Assembly (NCBI GenBank): GCA_030614785.1
Contig: JAUWTJ010000010.1
Coordinates: 615-64,614 of the forward strand
Direction: 5' to 3'
DNA from: Alphaproteobacteria bacterium
GTDB lineage: Bacteria > Pseudomonadota > Alphaproteobacteria > M2410
DNA length: 64,000 nucleotides
Part shown: positions 26,230 to 38,131 of the stretch, piece after piece
How the letters are laid out: the number at the start of each line of letters is the position of its first letter
Position numbering within the stretch: the first letter of the stretch is position 1
The notes under the pieces: model-generated
What the model was told of the DNA's origin: nothing
Seen by the model: only the letters and a program-made list of their open reading frames with translations
Database searches by the model: none
Position numbers and translations under genes: made by a program

Positions 26230-27033
26230 CTATTTCCGAGGGCCTGCGAAAAGTGAGTTCAGAGCAAAGCCAACCACGAAGATCCCCAAAACCGCTTCAA
26301 CCGAGACTATCATTCGCAGGGTATCTGTTGTCGGGACCGTTTCGCCATAACCTAATGTAGTGATGGTGACGGCGCTGAAATATATGCTTTGAACAAAAGA
26401 TTCCAACGGCGAACAAAACATGTCACGAAACCTCCAATAGTCACCCGCAAATGCCAAAATTGAGGTGACATAAACTACTAGCCAGAAGACAACAGGAATT
26501 CTCGCGAACGGATGATTCAATAACTTACTGACATTCAACGCAAAGCGGCTCCTTTCTATATCTGCCTCCTTCAGGGAATCTTCGAAATACTTATCGAGGT
26601 TGCCAACATCCTTTCCACGAACTTTTCCATTATACACTCCATCTTCTTCCAGCTTGATAGTGTGGACAAGTCCAAGGCTGGGAATCGTCATTTGAAGTTC
26701 AATAAACTTGTAAGGCATATGGCGTACACGTATTTGCACCGAGCGACCTACATTCTCCGATGAAATATATGCTTCAACTCTCCCTCGCTCATCTGCATAG
26801 CCCTTAAAAATTGCTTTGCTCTCATCCTTGGGGTCATCTCCTTCATAAAAGATGAGTATAGTTGTTCCGCTTTCTTCCTTTGTTTTCGCCTCTGGCTCGC
26901 TCGGTATAAGCCCATTGATCAAAATCGGTATCTCTCTTACAGGCTTCCTCGACAGAAAATATCCGGCGCCCACAAGCAATACCGTCGTTAATGGCGCCCA
27001 TATCAACATCGACTTTCCTTCCGATAATCGCAA
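26230..27033 (-). CDS. Potassium channel family protein (2TM pore domain) with an N-terminal anchor and soluble domain
   Basis: FVQSIYFSAVTITTLGYGETVP selectivity filter flanked by two TM helices; visibly AT-richer than the core genes; start TTG 27033 or ATG 27009. Confidence 0.82.
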   Translation of the reverse strand: MRLSEGKSMLIWAPLTTVLLVGAGYFLSRKPVREIPILINGLIPSEPEAKTKEESGTTILIFYEGDDPKDESKAIFKGYADERGRVEAYISSENVGRSVQIRVRHMPYKFIELQMTIPSLGLVHTIKLEEDGVYNGKVRGKDVGNLDKYFEDSLKEADIERSRFALNVSKLLNHPFARIPVVFWLVVYVTSILAFAGDYWRFRDMFCSPLESFVQSIYFSAVTITTLGYGETVPTTDTLRMIVSVEAVLGIFVVGFALNSLFAGPRK

Positions 27034-27432
27034 TCTGGAGAATCAGGTTTGAATCGCCGAAAAGAAGCAAGATCTTTATTCATTTTTGAGTAACATTAGC
27101 CATTGGCTTTTTAGCCCCCACCTCCGATCGCCGTCAAATCTCTCAAATTCATACAGCAAGTCGCCAAAGTAACACCAAGCCGTAGTGCCAGCACCTTCCA
27201 TACGAATCTGGAAAAGAGTTGTTCTCTGGAAAGACGAAACAAAATTCTCACAAATCAGTTTCTGAGTGACAGAAAACGGCGGTCCGCTTAGCACTTCTCT
27301 CAAGCGAGCCGAATGTCACCCATCTGGAGAAAATCCGACGTGTGAGGGCGTTCTGTGGGTTCTCCATCACGTTGGAGAGAAAAAGCAATAGATCGACCCT
27401 AACGTAACCCATTGACTTCGCCCGTAAAAACA

Positions 27433-27454
27433 AAGGGACCCAAATGGGTCCCTT
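27433..27454 (-). terminator. Intrinsic terminator after tRNA-Ala
   Basis: AAGGGACCCA-AA-TGGGTCCCTT hairpin followed on the minus strand by TGTTTTT. Confidence 0.75.
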
Positions 27455-27480
27455 ATACAGATTAGTTGCTTTGAAAAATC

Positions 27481-27556
<76 letters not shown>

Positions 27557-27673
27557 TTAGTCAGATCGTGCCGGGTCTTCTTTGGGTGGAAGGCCCCTGC
27601 GGTTTTACGAATACGAAATCTGCTGCGCGGCGGCGGCCCGACTGCGGGATCCCGAGCGCAGCGCCAGCCTTAA

Positions 27674-28144
27674 TTACTCATCTTTCGTCTTGTCGAGGTC
27701 CGGAACAATAGTCGCGGCAACATCGTCTTCGTCGTCATCAAAATTAACCAGTGTCGTATTGTCGTCTTCATTGTCGTCATCGTCGTCGTTTGCCGCGAGG
27801 TCGACATCAATCTCTGTAATACCCGCTTCATCATCGTCGTCGCCGTCGGGCACAACAGCCAGACCGTCTTCATCAACCTCGACCGGCATCTTGACCATAC
27901 CTTCGGCGGTGACTTCCTCGACGCCGGTCTCTTCTTCTTCATCATCATCGCTGTCGGCTTCCGCCGGCTTGGGCTTGGGTTTGGGTTTTTCCGCTTCGAC
28001 GACACGCTTTTTCGACTTCAGCAGAATTTCCGGCTCAAAGCTGTGTTCGCATTTCGGGCATTCGCAAGGCATCTTGCCAAGATCATAAAACCGCGCCTCG
28101 CATTCCGGGCAGGTGCGTTTGGTTCCGAGTTCTGGTTTCGCCAC
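27674..28144 (-). CDS. TIGR02300 (FYDLN-acid) family protein
   Basis: AKPELGTKRTCPECEARFYDLGKMPCECPKC followed by a very acidic tail; GTG start at 28144. Confidence 0.9.
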   Translation of the reverse strand: MAKPELGTKRTCPECEARFYDLGKMPCECPKCEHSFEPEILLKSKKRVVEAEKPKPKPKPAEADSDDDEEEETGVEEVTAEGMVKMPVEVDEDGLAVVPDGDDDDEAGITEIDVDLAANDDDDDNEDDNTTLVNFDDDEDDVAATIVPDLDKTKDE

Positions 28145-28422
28145 AAGTAAATCCTTCTGCCGCGGGACGGGGTGTAACGCGCCTTGCGCACCGATCCGCC
28201 AACAATTGAGATGAGGTTGCGCACCCTTTGCCACGGATTTTCGGGCGAGTCAAAAGGTAATCGTCCGGGATTAACACCCCGATTGACCGGCGATTAGCCA
28301 GCGACAGACCAACCCCGGATTGCCAAGCGGGGCCAGGAGAGCTAAGTTCCGCCGCGCGCAGTAAAATCCCCCGAGCCAATTCTTCCTGAAAACCGGGGAC
28401 CGAGGACAAAACAGACCCGCCC

Positions 28423-29799
28423 ATGACCTCATCAACAAGCCTTTCGCCCGCTCCGCTGCGATCTTCCGGATCAACCGACCTCAAGGGCCGCGTCACCGTC
28501 CCCGGCGACAAGTCGATATCCCACCGTGCGCTCATGTTTGCCGGTCTTGCTATCGGCAAGAGCCACATTACCGGCCTCCTCGAGGGCGAGGACGTGCTGG
28601 CAACCGCCGCCGCCATGCGGGCGCTGGGGGCAACTGTCACGAGGATGGGGGATGGCGTCTGGGAGGTGCACGGCACCGGTGTGGGCGGTTTGCGCGCGCC
28701 GGCCACTCACATCGACATGGGAAACTCCGGCACCGCCGTCCGCCTGCTCACCGGGCTTCTGGCGACCCATGACCTCACGGTCACCTTCACTGGCGATGCC
28801 TCGCTCTCCTCGCGGCCCATGGAGCGGGTCTTTGCCCCTGTCGCGCTCTTCGGGGCGCAGATCATGGCGGCCGAAGGCGGCCGTCTGCCGTTTACCATGC
28901 AAGGGGCGGCGCGGCCGCTGCCGGTCACTTATGAACTCCCCGTCGCATCAGCGCAGGTCAAGTCAGCCGTGCTGCTGGCCGGGTTGAACACGCCGGGCAA
29001 CACCGTGGTCATTGAGCAGATCCCGACCCGCGACCACACGGAAATCATGCTGCGAAATTTCGGCGCTGATCTTGACGTGACACAAGCCGATGGCAAAACC
29101 CGCATAACGCTCAAGGGCCCGGCTGACCTGAAAGCCTGCACCGTCGACGTTCCCGGGGATCCCTCGTCGGCGGCCTTTCCTGTTGCCGCAGCGCTGCTCA
29201 CCCCCGGTTCGGACCTGACGGTGGAAAACGTCTTGATGAACCCGGCGCGCACCGGCCTCTTTACGACGCTGCTCGAGATGGGCGCTGATCTTACGTTTGA
29301 AAACCAGCGTGACGCAGGCGGCGAAAAAGTCGCCGACATCAAGGTCCGCTATGGCCCGCTGAAGGGCACCGCAGTACCGGCGGACCGCGCGGCCTCCATG
29401 ATCGACGAATACCCGGTTCTGGCCGTCATTGCCGCCATTGCCGAGGGCGAAACCCGCATCACCGGGGCACAGGAGCTGAGGGTCAAGGAAAGCGACCGCA
29501 TCGCCGCCATGGTCACTGGCCTGGTCGCCAACGGTGTCAAGGCGGTGGAGCTGGACGACGGCATGGTCATCACCGGCAGCGGCGGCGCCCGGCTCGGTTC
29601 TGCCAATTCAAGCGGCGTCACGGGCGGCGCCCGGGTCGAGACGGGGCTCGATCACCGCATCGCCATGTCCTTCATGGTGCTGGGGATGGCCGCTGACGAG
29701 CCTGTGGAGGTCGATGATGCCGGCCCGATCAACACCTCTTTCCCGGGGTTCGCAGACCTTATGAACCAGCTTGGGGCAAAGATCGGCGCACCATCGTGA
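28423..29799 (+). CDS. aroA: EPSP synthase
   Basis: [52 protein letters not shown]. Confidence 0.97.
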   Translation: MTSSTSLSPAPLRSSGSTDLKGRVTVPGDKSISHRALMFAGLAIGKSHITGLLEGEDVLATAAAMRALGATVTRMGDGVWEVHGTGVGGLRAPATHIDMGNSGTAVRLLTGLLATHDLTVTFTGDASLSSRPMERVFAPVALFGAQIMAAEGGRLPFTMQGAARPLPVTYELPVASAQVKSAVLLAGLNTPGNTVVIEQIPTRDHTEIMLRNFGADLDVTQADGKTRITLKGPADLKACTVDVPGDPSSAAFPVAAALLTPGSDLTVENVLMNPARTGLFTTLLEMGADLTFENQRDAGGEKVADIKVRYGPLKGTAVPADRAASMIDEYPVLAVIAAIAEGETRITGAQELRVKESDRIAAMVTGLVANGVKAVELDDGMVITGSGGARLGSANSSGVTGGARVETGLDHRIAMSFMVLGMAADEPVEVDDAGPINTSFPGFADLMNQLGAKIGAPS

Positions 29800-30452
29800 C
29801 CACAGACCCCCAGATCATCGCCGTTGACGGTCCGGCTGCCTCGGGCAAGGGAACCCTGGCGCGTGCCCTGGCAGCGCACCTGGGGTTCCACTACCTCGAT
29901 ACCGGCGCGCTTTACCGCGCCGTGGGCCTCGCCATGCTGGATGCCGGGCTCGACCCGCACCATGAGGCCAATGCGGTAAAAACCGCAGAAATCCTCGATA
30001 TTGACGGCATTGATGATGCCCGTCTGCGCACCGACCAGATCTCCGAGGCCGCCTCGATCGTTGCCGCCATGCCAGGCGTCCGCGCCGCAATCCTCGATTT
30101 CCAGCGCAGTTTTGCCAATAAACCGCCGGGCGCCATCCTTGATGGCCGCGATATCGGAACGGTCGTATGTCCCGCAGCCCTCGTGAAGCTTTATGTCAGC
30201 GCGAGCCCGCAAACCCGCGCAAACCGCCGTTTTCTGGAGCTCAAGGCCAGAGGCGAGGACGTCACCGAAGCCGGAGTTCTGGCCGATGTTGTTGCCCGCG
30301 ACGCCCGCGACGCAAATCGGGCCCATTCACCGCTCAAACCGGCGGAAGATGCGCACTTGCTTGATACGTCCAACTTGAGTATAGAAGCCGCGTTCCGCGC
30401 TGCCCTGGATGTCATTGAGCAAATTTTGCCGCCAGACGCAGATAGGCGTTAG
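29796..30452 (+). CDS. cmk: Cytidylate kinase
   Basis: [35 protein letters not shown]. Confidence 0.96.
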   Translation: MTTDPQIIAVDGPAASGKGTLARALAAHLGFHYLDTGALYRAVGLAMLDAGLDPHHEANAVKTAEILDIDGIDDARLRTDQISEAASIVAAMPGVRAAILDFQRSFANKPPGAILDGRDIGTVVCPAALVKLYVSASPQTRANRRFLELKARGEDVTEAGVLADVVARDARDANRAHSPLKPAEDAHLLDTSNLSIEAAFRAALDVIEQILPPDADRR

Positions 30453-30613
30453 CCGACCTCCCCTCACATCAATGAATGCGAGACAGGTTTGGCGCTGCAA
30501 CTTTCAGCGGATCACACAAAAAGACACCGAAAGTTTTGCAGGCCATGGGGCTTGTGGAGCAAGACCGCCGGCGCAAACCGGCTGGCCAAACCACTAACTG
30601 AACTGGAACATAA

Positions 30614-32350
30614 ATGTCTGAAACACAAACCAGCGGCTTTAATCCGACAACTGAGGATTTTGCTGCTCTTTTCGACGCAACCTGGGCTGAAGATACAGCC
30701 AAGGAAGGAAGCGTTATCGAAGGTACGATTATCGCCATTGAGGCCGACCAGGCCATCATCGATGTCGGCCTGAAAATGGAGGGCCGCGTTCCTCTCAGAG
30801 AATTCTCCATACCGGGCCAGGATCATGGCCTTGAAGTTGGCTCCAAGGTTGAAGTTTACCTCGAGCGCATCGAAAACATGCAAGGCGAAGCACAGCTTTC
30901 TCGCGAGAAAGCCCGCCGTGAGGAAAGCTGGATCAATCTTGCCAAAGCCTATGACGCAACCGAGCGCGTGCAAGGTGTCATTTTCGGCCGCGTCAAGGGC
31001 GGCTTCACTGTTGACCTCGACGGCGCCGTGGCCTTCCTGCCAGGCTCACAGGTTGATATTCGCCCGATCCGCGATGTCACACCGTTGCTCAACATTCCGC
31101 AGCCATTCCTCATCCTCAAGATGGACAAGCGCCGCGGCAACATCGTTGTCTCGCGCCGCGCCATTCTTGAAGAAACCAGAGCCGAACAGCGCACCGAGCT
31201 GGTTGCCAACCTTGCCGAAGGCCAGGTCGTCGAAGGCGTGGTCAAGAACATCACCGATTACGGCGCATTCGTCGATCTTGGCGGTGTCGATGGCTTGCTC
31301 CACGTTACCGATATTGCCTGGCGCCGGGTCAACAACCCGTCCGACGTCCTCACGATTGGCGAGACCGTCAAGGTACAGATCGTTCGCATCAATCAGGAAA
31401 CCCAGCGCATCAGCCTTGGCATGAAGCAGCTGCAGTCCGATCCATGGGAAGGCGTTGCCGCCAAGTATCCGATTGGCACCAAGTTCACCGGTCTGGTAAC
31501 CAACATTACCGATTACGGTTCGTTTGTTGAACTCGAGCCAGGTGTCGAAGGTCTGGTCCACGTCTCTGAAATGATCTGGGTCAAGAAGAACGTTCACCCC
31601 GGCAAGATCGTGGCAACCTCGCAACAGGTTGAAGTCATGGTCCTGGAAGTTGATCCTGCCAAACGCCGTATTTCTCTCGGCCTCAAGCAGTGCAACGATA
31701 ATCCGTGGTCAACCTTTGAAGACCGCTTCCCGCAGGGCACTCAAATCGAGGGGGAGATCAAGAACATCACCGAGTTTGGTCTCTTTGTCGGTCTTGATGG
31801 TGACCTCGACGGTATGGTTCACTTGTCAGATCTCGACTGGAACCGGTCCGGCGACGAAGCTCTTGCCGAATACAAGAAGGGCGAGATGGTCAAGGCGGTT
31901 GTCCTCGACATCGACACCGACAAGGAACGCATCTCGCTGGGCATCAAACAGCTTGAAGGCGACCCGCTGGAAGCAGCCGGTGATATCCGCCGCGGATCCA
32001 TTGTCACCTGCACCGTCACCGCAGTTCAGGACGGCGGGATTGAGGTAGAAATCGCAGATGGGGTTAAGGCCTTTATCCGCCGTTCCGACCTGTCCCGCGA
32101 TCGTGCTGACCAACGCCCCGAGCGCTTCGCCGTTGGCGAAAAGGTCGATGCAAAGGTCACCACCTTTGACCGCTCCAGCCGCCGCGTCTCCCTGTCGATC
32201 AAGGCCCGCGAAGTCGATGAAGAGAAGGAAGCCGTCAAGCAGTATGGCTCCTCCGCTTCAGGGGCGACCCTTGGCGACATTCTGGGCTCCGCCCTGAAGT
32301 CCTCTGCCAAAGACGATAGCAAAGACAAGGCTGACGGCGAGGACGAGTAA
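30614..32350 (+). CDS. rpsA: 30S ribosomal protein S1
   Basis: Six S1 repeats ([26 protein letters not shown] etc.). Confidence 0.98.
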   Translation: MSETQTSGFNPTTEDFAALFDATWAEDTAKEGSVIEGTIIAIEADQAIIDVGLKMEGRVPLREFSIPGQDHGLEVGSKVEVYLERIENMQGEAQLSREKARREESWINLAKAYDATERVQGVIFGRVKGGFTVDLDGAVAFLPGSQVDIRPIRDVTPLLNIPQPFLILKMDKRRGNIVVSRRAILEETRAEQRTELVANLAEGQVVEGVVKNITDYGAFVDLGGVDGLLHVTDIAWRRVNNPSDVLTIGETVKVQIVRINQETQRISLGMKQLQSDPWEGVAAKYPIGTKFTGLVTNITDYGSFVELEPGVEGLVHVSEMIWVKKNVHPGKIVATSQQVEVMVLEVDPAKRRISLGLKQCNDNPWSTFEDRFPQGTQIEGEIKNITEFGLFVGLDGDLDGMVHLSDLDWNRSGDEALAEYKKGEMVKAVVLDIDTDKERISLGIKQLEGDPLEAAGDIRRGSIVTCTVTAVQDGGIEVEIADGVKAFIRRSDLSRDRADQRPERFAVGEKVDAKVTTFDRSSRRVSLSIKAREVDEEKEAVKQYGSSASGATLGDILGSALKSSAKDDSKDKADGEDE

Positions 32351-32384
32351 GACCTCAACCCCGCAAGATCAGCAGACGAACACG

Positions 32385-32416
32385 AAAGGCCGGTGCTTCA
32401 AGCACCGGCCTTTTTT
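32385..32416 (+). terminator. Intrinsic terminator of rpsA
   Basis: AAAGGCCGGTGCT-TCA-AGCACCGGCCTTT plus a T-run. Confidence 0.9.
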
Positions 32417-32508
32417 GCATTCAGGCCATGGCCCCTTGCTCAGGTATCAAATTCGGCTCTATAGTCCGGTGAAGGCAAAGCGCGCGGCACCCTGCAACCG
32501 AACCGGAA

Positions 32509-33384
32509 ATGTCCATGACCTATACCCATCCAGACTATCTGATTTCAACCGCCGACCTTGCCGAGACTCTCAAAGCCAACCCGGATGGACTGCAGATTTT
32601 TGACGCCACCGTCAATCTGGTTCCCGCCGCAAAAGGATACAAGGCGGTTTCCGGTCTGGAAGACTGTCAAAAGGCGCATATTCCAGGCAGCGCCTTTCTT
32701 GATCTCATCAAGGATCTGTCCAACACCGCGAGCAGCTTCGGATTTACTCTTCCTGCGGACAATAAGCTCCAGGCCGCATACCGGGCGGCCGGGATCAACA
32801 ACGACAGCCAGATCGTACTCTACAGCACCGGCCACATGATGTGGGCGACCCGGGCCTGGTGGATGCTCCATTCATCCGGCCACACCAATGTCGCCGTTCT
32901 GGATGGCGGTTTTGCCAAATGGAACGAGGAAGGCCGACCTGTCTCCGATGCGCCGGCCTCCTTTGCGGAAGGCGATTTTGCGGTTAAACCCGATCCCGCA
33001 CGCTGGGCCGATCAGACACGGGTCATTGAAGCCATCAATGATGCAGGCACATGCACCATCAACGCTCTTGCGCCGGACGTCTATACCGGCGAAGCCGCCC
33101 ACAGCTATGGCCGCAAGGGTCATATCGAAAACTCGAAAAATGTTTTCTACGGTGACGTTCTGGACAAGGGGTGCTTCAGATCCGCCGAAGACCTGAAGGC
33201 ACTGTTCTCAGCAAAGGGCGTTCTCGACAACCCCCACATCATCGCCTATTGCGGCGGAGGCATATCTGCGACCATCGACGCCCTCGCCCTGACCCTCATC
33301 GGCCATCCTGACGTGGCGGTCTATGACGGCTCCATGAGCGAATGGGCATCAGATGAAAGTCTGCCGCTTGTTACCGGCGCCTGA
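32509..33384 (+). CDS. Two-domain sulfurtransferase (rhodanese/SseA-like)
   Basis: HIPGSAFLD, WATRAWWML, VAVLDGGFAKW, GHIENS, YCGGGISA, YDGSMSEW; start may be 32515. Confidence 0.9.
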   Translation: MSMTYTHPDYLISTADLAETLKANPDGLQIFDATVNLVPAAKGYKAVSGLEDCQKAHIPGSAFLDLIKDLSNTASSFGFTLPADNKLQAAYRAAGINNDSQIVLYSTGHMMWATRAWWMLHSSGHTNVAVLDGGFAKWNEEGRPVSDAPASFAEGDFAVKPDPARWADQTRVIEAINDAGTCTINALAPDVYTGEAAHSYGRKGHIENSKNVFYGDVLDKGCFRSAEDLKALFSAKGVLDNPHIIAYCGGGISATIDALALTLIGHPDVAVYDGSMSEWASDESLPLVTGA

Positions 33385-33591
33385 GCGCCCGGACTGCTTC
33401 AAAAATACCACCTGGGACAAAATAACCCAACATAATGAAAGACTTAAGGTCTGAAAGGCTTGACGGCGAAGGCCTGCTTTGGCACGTTAACCGCCGAACA
33501 ACAAGGGGTTGGGGCTGCAAGAGATGGTTGCGGGCCGCGATCCTGGTATAATTCAAGACAAGTTTCAGGGAAAATTTCAGGGGCTTAGGCG

Positions 33592-33927
33592 ATGATTAAA
33601 TCTGAACTCGTAACCATACTGACCGACGCCAATCCGCATCTGTACCAGCGCGATGTGGAGTGCATCGTCAATACAGTCTTCAACGAAATTGCCACCGCCT
33701 TGACTCGCGGGGAGCGCGTTGAACTGCGCGGATTTGGCGCCTTTTCTGTCAAGAAGCGCCCGGCACGGATCGGCCGCAATCCCAGAACCGGAGAGCCCGT
33801 GTCCGTATCGGAAAAACACGTTCCCTTCTTCAAGACTGGCAAGGAGTTGCGGGACCGCCTCAACGACAAAAAGCGCGAGGAAGAAAATGGCGCCGCGCCT
33901 GACGCTTCCGCTTCGCCAACCTTTTAG
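33592..33927 (+). CDS. ihfB: Integration host factor beta
   Basis: [44 protein letters not shown]. Confidence 0.96.
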   Translation: MIKSELVTILTDANPHLYQRDVECIVNTVFNEIATALTRGERVELRGFGAFSVKKRPARIGRNPRTGEPVSVSEKHVPFFKTGKELRDRLNDKKREEENGAAPDASASPTF

Positions 33928-33940
33928 GCTCGCCGCCCGC

Positions 33941-33998
33941 CAGAATCAAACACAGAATCAAACACAGAATCAAATTCGGAACTTGGTTCGGAATTTAA
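33941..33998 (+). repeat. 12-bp-period intergenic tandem repeats
   Basis: (CAGAATCAAACA)x2 + CAGAATCAAA, then TTCGGAACTTGG and TTCGGAATTTAA. Confidence 0.85.
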
Positions 33999-34017
33999 TC
34001 CAGGATTGATTTAGAGG

Positions 34018-34362
34018 ATGAAACTTTCAACTCTCCTGATTGCCGTGCCCGCCCTGGCCCTTGCGCTCATCGTAGCCATTGCAAACCGCGGCTCTGTCAC
34101 CCTCAGCATTGATCCGTTTTCTGCAACGAGCCCGGTCATCGCCTTTGAGCTGCCGCTCTATCTTCTCATCTTTGCAGCGCTCCTGATCGGCGTTCTCATT
34201 GGCGGCTCGTCAGCCTGGATCGGCCAGATGGGCTCGCGCAAGAAAGCCCGCAAAAATGCCCGCGAGGTCAAACACCTCACTAAAGACATCGAACGCCGCG
34301 AGACCGCCAGTGCAGAAAAACCCGCCCCCGAGGCCAAAGAAGCTCAAAAGCGACTTTCGTAG
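34018..34362 (+). CDS. lapA: LapA / DUF1049 family membrane protein
   Basis: IVAIANRGSVTLSIDPF...LPLYLLIFAALLIGVLIG; position after ihfB. Confidence 0.85.
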   Translation: MKLSTLLIAVPALALALIVAIANRGSVTLSIDPFSATSPVIAFELPLYLLIFAALLIGVLIGGSSAWIGQMGSRKKARKNAREVKHLTKDIERRETASAEKPAPEAKEAQKRLS

Positions 34363-34411
34363 CCCTCTTGAAGAGTGCCTGGCACGCCCACCTCTGCTAT
34401 AAGCCCCCCCC

Positions 34412-35065
34412 ATGAACAAACCAACTACCATTCAGGCCAAGATCTGCGGCCTCAGGACCGAAGAGGACGTGCGCGCCGCCGTCACGGCAGGCGCCGCTTT
34501 CGTCGGCTTTATGCATTTTCCAAAAAGCCCGCGCCATATCGAACCCGCAGACGCCGAGAAACTGGCGCGCCTCCTGCCTGAAACCGTCAAGGCGGTCGTA
34601 GTCCTCGTGAACCCGAGCGACGCCGAGGTCGCGCGCGCCGCCCTTTGGGCTGATTTTATTCAGCTCCACGGCGACGAGACGCCGGAGCGCTCCCGCGAAA
34701 TCCGGCGCCTCGCAGGCAAGCCTGTCATCAAGGCCATGGCGCTGGAGAGCGCGGACGATCTGGCCAGGGCCGCTCTTTACCAGGAAACAGCAGATATCTT
34801 GCTGTTTGACGCAAAAACCCCTACATCGGGAGACCTTCCCGGCGGGAACGGTATCGCTTTCGACTGGCGCATTCTGGCCGGATCGAGGATCGACACACCC
34901 TGGATGTTGTCAGGCGGCCTTGACGCGGCGAATGTGGCAGAAGCCGTTCGCCTCACCGGAGCAAGGATGGTTGATGTCTCGTCCGGCGTCGAACAGACCC
35001 GCGGGGTGAAATCTGCGGCAAAGATCAAGGCCTTCCTCAGGGCAGTAAAAGAAGCGAGTGTTTGA
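34412..35065 (+). CDS. trpF: Phosphoribosylanthranilate isomerase
   Basis: [37 protein letters not shown]. Confidence 0.96.
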   Translation: MNKPTTIQAKICGLRTEEDVRAAVTAGAAFVGFMHFPKSPRHIEPADAEKLARLLPETVKAVVVLVNPSDAEVARAALWADFIQLHGDETPERSREIRRLAGKPVIKAMALESADDLARAALYQETADILLFDAKTPTSGDLPGGNGIAFDWRILAGSRIDTPWMLSGGLDAANVAEAVRLTGARMVDVSSGVEQTRGVKSAAKIKAFLRAVKEASV

Positions 35066-36318
35066 TGAGTAAGCAGAAATCCGAAAGACCAAACTCCCCG
35101 GAAAGGCCGAACTCTTACGTCAGCGGTCCCGACGAGGAAGGCCGCTTCGGTATTTTTGGCGGACGCTTCGTTGCTGAAACCCTGATGCCGCTCATCCTCG
35201 ACCTTGAGGAAAACTATGAGGCCGCCAAAAAGGACCCGGCATTCAAGGCGGAGATGGATGATCTGTGGACCCACTATGTCGGACGTCCCAGCCCGCTCTA
35301 TCACGCCGAACGCCTGACGGCACATCTCGGCGGCGCCAGGATTTATCTCAAGCGCGATGAGCTCAACCATACCGGCAGCCACAAGGCCAATAATGTACTG
35401 GGCCAGATCCTGCTTGCCAGGCGCATGAAACGCACCCGCATCATTGCCGAAACAGGCGCTGGCCAGCACGGCGTTGCAACAGCGACCTTTGCCGCGCGCT
35501 TCGGCCTGCCCTGCGTCATCTATATGGGCGCGACCGACATTGAACGCCAGAAACCCAACGTCTTCCGCATGAAGCTTCTCGGCGCAGAGGTCGTGCCCGT
35601 CTCCTCGGGCACCGGCACCCTGAAAGACGCCATGAACGAGGCTCTGCGCGACTGGGTCACCAATGTTGAAGATACCTTCTACATCATCGGAACCGTTGCG
35701 GGCCCGCACCCCTATCCGGCCATGGTGCGTGACTTCCAGTCGATTATCGGCAAGGAAGTCCGGACACAGATGATAGAGGCCGAAGGGCGCCTGCCCGACA
35801 CGCTGGTCGCCTGCATTGGCGGCGGCTCCAACGCCATGGGCCTTTTTCATCCTTTTCTCGACGATGAAAGTGTCAAGATGATCGGTGTCGAGGCGGCCGG
35901 ACGCGGCATCGACAAGGGCGATGGTCACCACGCCGCATCGCTGTCCGGCGGACGGCCGGGCGTTCTGCATGGCAACCGCACCTATCTTCTTCAGAACCCG
36001 GACGGTCAGATCATTGATGGCCATTCGATATCGGCTGGTCTGGATTATCCTGGCATCGGGCCCGAGCATGCCTGGCTAAGCGAACAGGGCCGCATCACTT
36101 ACGTCGCCGCCACTGACACCGAAGCTCTTGAGGCGTTCCAGCTCTGTTGTCTTCAGGAAGGCATCATCCCGGCGCTTGAACCGGCCCATGCCCTGGCCCA
36201 CGTCATCAAACACGCGCCGACCTTGCCGAAGGATCATCTGCTGGTCATGAACATGTGTGGCCGCGGCGACAAGGATGTCTTTACCGTTGGTGCCGCTCTG
36301 GGGGTTGAGATCGAATGA
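35065..36318 (+). CDS. trpB: Tryptophan synthase beta chain
   Basis: [41 protein letters not shown]. Confidence 0.98.
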   Translation: MSKQKSERPNSPERPNSYVSGPDEEGRFGIFGGRFVAETLMPLILDLEENYEAAKKDPAFKAEMDDLWTHYVGRPSPLYHAERLTAHLGGARIYLKRDELNHTGSHKANNVLGQILLARRMKRTRIIAETGAGQHGVATATFAARFGLPCVIYMGATDIERQKPNVFRMKLLGAEVVPVSSGTGTLKDAMNEALRDWVTNVEDTFYIIGTVAGPHPYPAMVRDFQSIIGKEVRTQMIEAEGRLPDTLVACIGGGSNAMGLFHPFLDDESVKMIGVEAAGRGIDKGDGHHAASLSGGRPGVLHGNRTYLLQNPDGQIIDGHSISAGLDYPGIGPEHAWLSEQGRITYVAATDTEALEAFQLCCLQEGIIPALEPAHALAHVIKHAPTLPKDHLLVMNMCGRGDKDVFTVGAALGVEIE

Positions 36319-37151
36319 CCAACCGGATCGACACAAAGTTTGAGCAACTGGCCGCCGAAGGGCGCGGCGCTCTTGTCGCCTATTTCATGGCCGGGGACCC
36401 TGATCTTGAAACCTCGCTGGCCCTTCTCAAGGCCATGCCCGAAGCCGGCGCGGATATCATCGAACTTGGCATGCCGTTCACCGATCCCATGGCCGACGGC
36501 CCGGCCATCCAGAAAGCCGGCAACCGGGCACTCAGAGCAGGCCAAACCATGCAAAAAACCTTTGATATGGTGCGCTCGTTTCGGCAAGGCAACGATACGA
36601 CCCCGATCGTTCTCATGGGCTATTACAACCCGATTTACTCCCGGGGTGTCGAGACTTGGATTAGCGAAGCCAGGGCCGCCGGTGTGGACGGCATGATCAT
36701 CGTGGATCTGCCCGCCGAAGAGGACGCCGAGCTTTGCATTCCGGCGGTCGAGGCGGGCCTGGCCTTTATTCGCCTCGTCGCGCCGACAACAAGCGAAGCG
36801 CGGCTTGCAACAGTGCTTAATAATACCTCGGGTTTCGTCTATTATGTCTCGGTCACCGGCATCACCGGCGGGCGGACCGCCGGCGAGGATGAATTGAAAC
36901 CGGCACTGGCCCGCCTTCGCGCCCACACGGACTTGCCGCTGGCTGTCGGGTTTGGCATCAAGACGCCAAAGGACGCGGCGTCAGCTGCGCGGCTGGCCGA
37001 TGCTTCGGTTGTCGGCACGTCGATTGTCGCAAGGCTTGCTGAGTGCCTTGGCAAAGACGACAGGCCAAAGCCCGGTGTCGATGTGACGAAAGAAGTAACT
37101 GCGCTTGTCGCAGAGCTTGCGGCAGGCGTGCGTGGCGCTCGCAAAAGTTAG
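36315..37151 (+). CDS. trpA: Tryptophan synthase alpha chain
   Basis: [42 protein letters not shown]. Confidence 0.98.
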   Translation: MTNRIDTKFEQLAAEGRGALVAYFMAGDPDLETSLALLKAMPEAGADIIELGMPFTDPMADGPAIQKAGNRALRAGQTMQKTFDMVRSFRQGNDTTPIVLMGYYNPIYSRGVETWISEARAAGVDGMIIVDLPAEEDAELCIPAVEAGLAFIRLVAPTTSEARLATVLNNTSGFVYYVSVTGITGGRTAGEDELKPALARLRAHTDLPLAVGFGIKTPKDAASAARLADASVVGTSIVARLAECLGKDDRPKPGVDVTKEVTALVAELAAGVRGARKS

Positions 37152-37172
37152 AGAATTAAGGGAGAACGGCAG

Positions 37173-38126
37173 ATGAACTGGCTAGACAAGATGACCCGGC
37201 CCAAGCTGTCGGGATTTTTTAAAAAGCGCGAGACGCCGGACAACCTTTGGCACAAGTGTCGCAAATGCGGCGAGATGGCGTTTCATCGTGATCTGGCGGC
37301 CGCACGTTATGTCTGCCCAAACTGCGATCATCACATGCGCCTTGGCCCCGATGCACGGCTCGAAAGCGTCTTCGATGATGGCGCCTTCGAAATCATTAAA
37401 ACCCCGGAGGCCCCGGTCGATCCTTTGAAGTTTCGCGATGAAAAGAAATACACCGACCGCCTCAAGGCTGCCCGCGCCAAAACCGGTGCGGCGGACGCCT
37501 TTGCCATCGCCGTTGGCAGGATTACCGGCCAGGAAACGGTGGTTCTGGTTCAGAATTTCGAATTCATGGGCGGCTCGCTTGGTATGGTTGGCGGTGAAAG
37601 CGTTGTGCGCGCCGCCGAGAAAGCCGTCGCCCGCAAGGCACCGTTCATCCTCTTCGCTGCCTCCGGCGGTGCCCGCATGCAGGAAGGCGTTCTGTCGCTT
37701 ATGCAAATGCCGCGCGCCACGGTGGCCGTTGACCGCGTGAAGGAAGCAGGGCTGCCCTATATCGTCGTGCTCACTGATCCAACAACCGGCGGGGTCACCG
37801 CCTCCTACGCGATGCTTGGTGACATACATATTTCCGAACCGGATGCCCACATAGGTTTCGCAGGGGCCCGTGTCATTGAACAGACCATTCGTGAAAAACT
37901 GCCCGCCGGTTTCCAGCGCGCCGAGTTTCTTCTTGATCATGGCATGGTCGATATGATTGTCCATCGCCATGAGATGCGGGACACCCTGTCGCGGATCATT
38001 CGCCTTCTGATGACCAAAAACACCTGGGGACCAGGAGACGGTTCATCCCCCGAGCGCAGCACGCTTCCTGTACCCATTGATGCTCCGGCAGTGCCGTCAG
38101 TTCAGGCTGGCAAGGGAGCCGGTTAA
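37173..38126 (+). CDS. accD: Acetyl-CoA carboxylase carboxyltransferase beta
   Basis: LWHKCRKC...CPNC zinc finger, [28 protein letters not shown]. Confidence 0.97.
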   Translation: MNWLDKMTRPKLSGFFKKRETPDNLWHKCRKCGEMAFHRDLAAARYVCPNCDHHMRLGPDARLESVFDDGAFEIIKTPEAPVDPLKFRDEKKYTDRLKAARAKTGAADAFAIAVGRITGQETVVLVQNFEFMGGSLGMVGGESVVRAAEKAVARKAPFILFAASGGARMQEGVLSLMQMPRATVAVDRVKEAGLPYIVVLTDPTTGGVTASYAMLGDIHISEPDAHIGFAGARVIEQTIREKLPAGFQRAEFLLDHGMVDMIVHRHEMRDTLSRIIRLLMTKNTWGPGDGSSPERSTLPVPIDAPAVPSVQAGKGAG

Positions 38127-38131
38127 ACCCT

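Noticed and set aside
1-27480. Integrase for the tRNA-Ala-associated region
   Set aside because: No tyrosine or serine recombinase motifs were seen in any ORF, so the island interpretation rests on indirect evidence.
33480-33494. Sigma54-like TGGCAC-N5-CCGC upstream of ihfB
   Set aside because: It lacks the TT of TTGC and has no supporting enhancer context; likely chance.
33719-34009. ORF with QNQT repeats
   Set aside because: Out-of-frame overlap of ihfB running through the intergenic VNTR.
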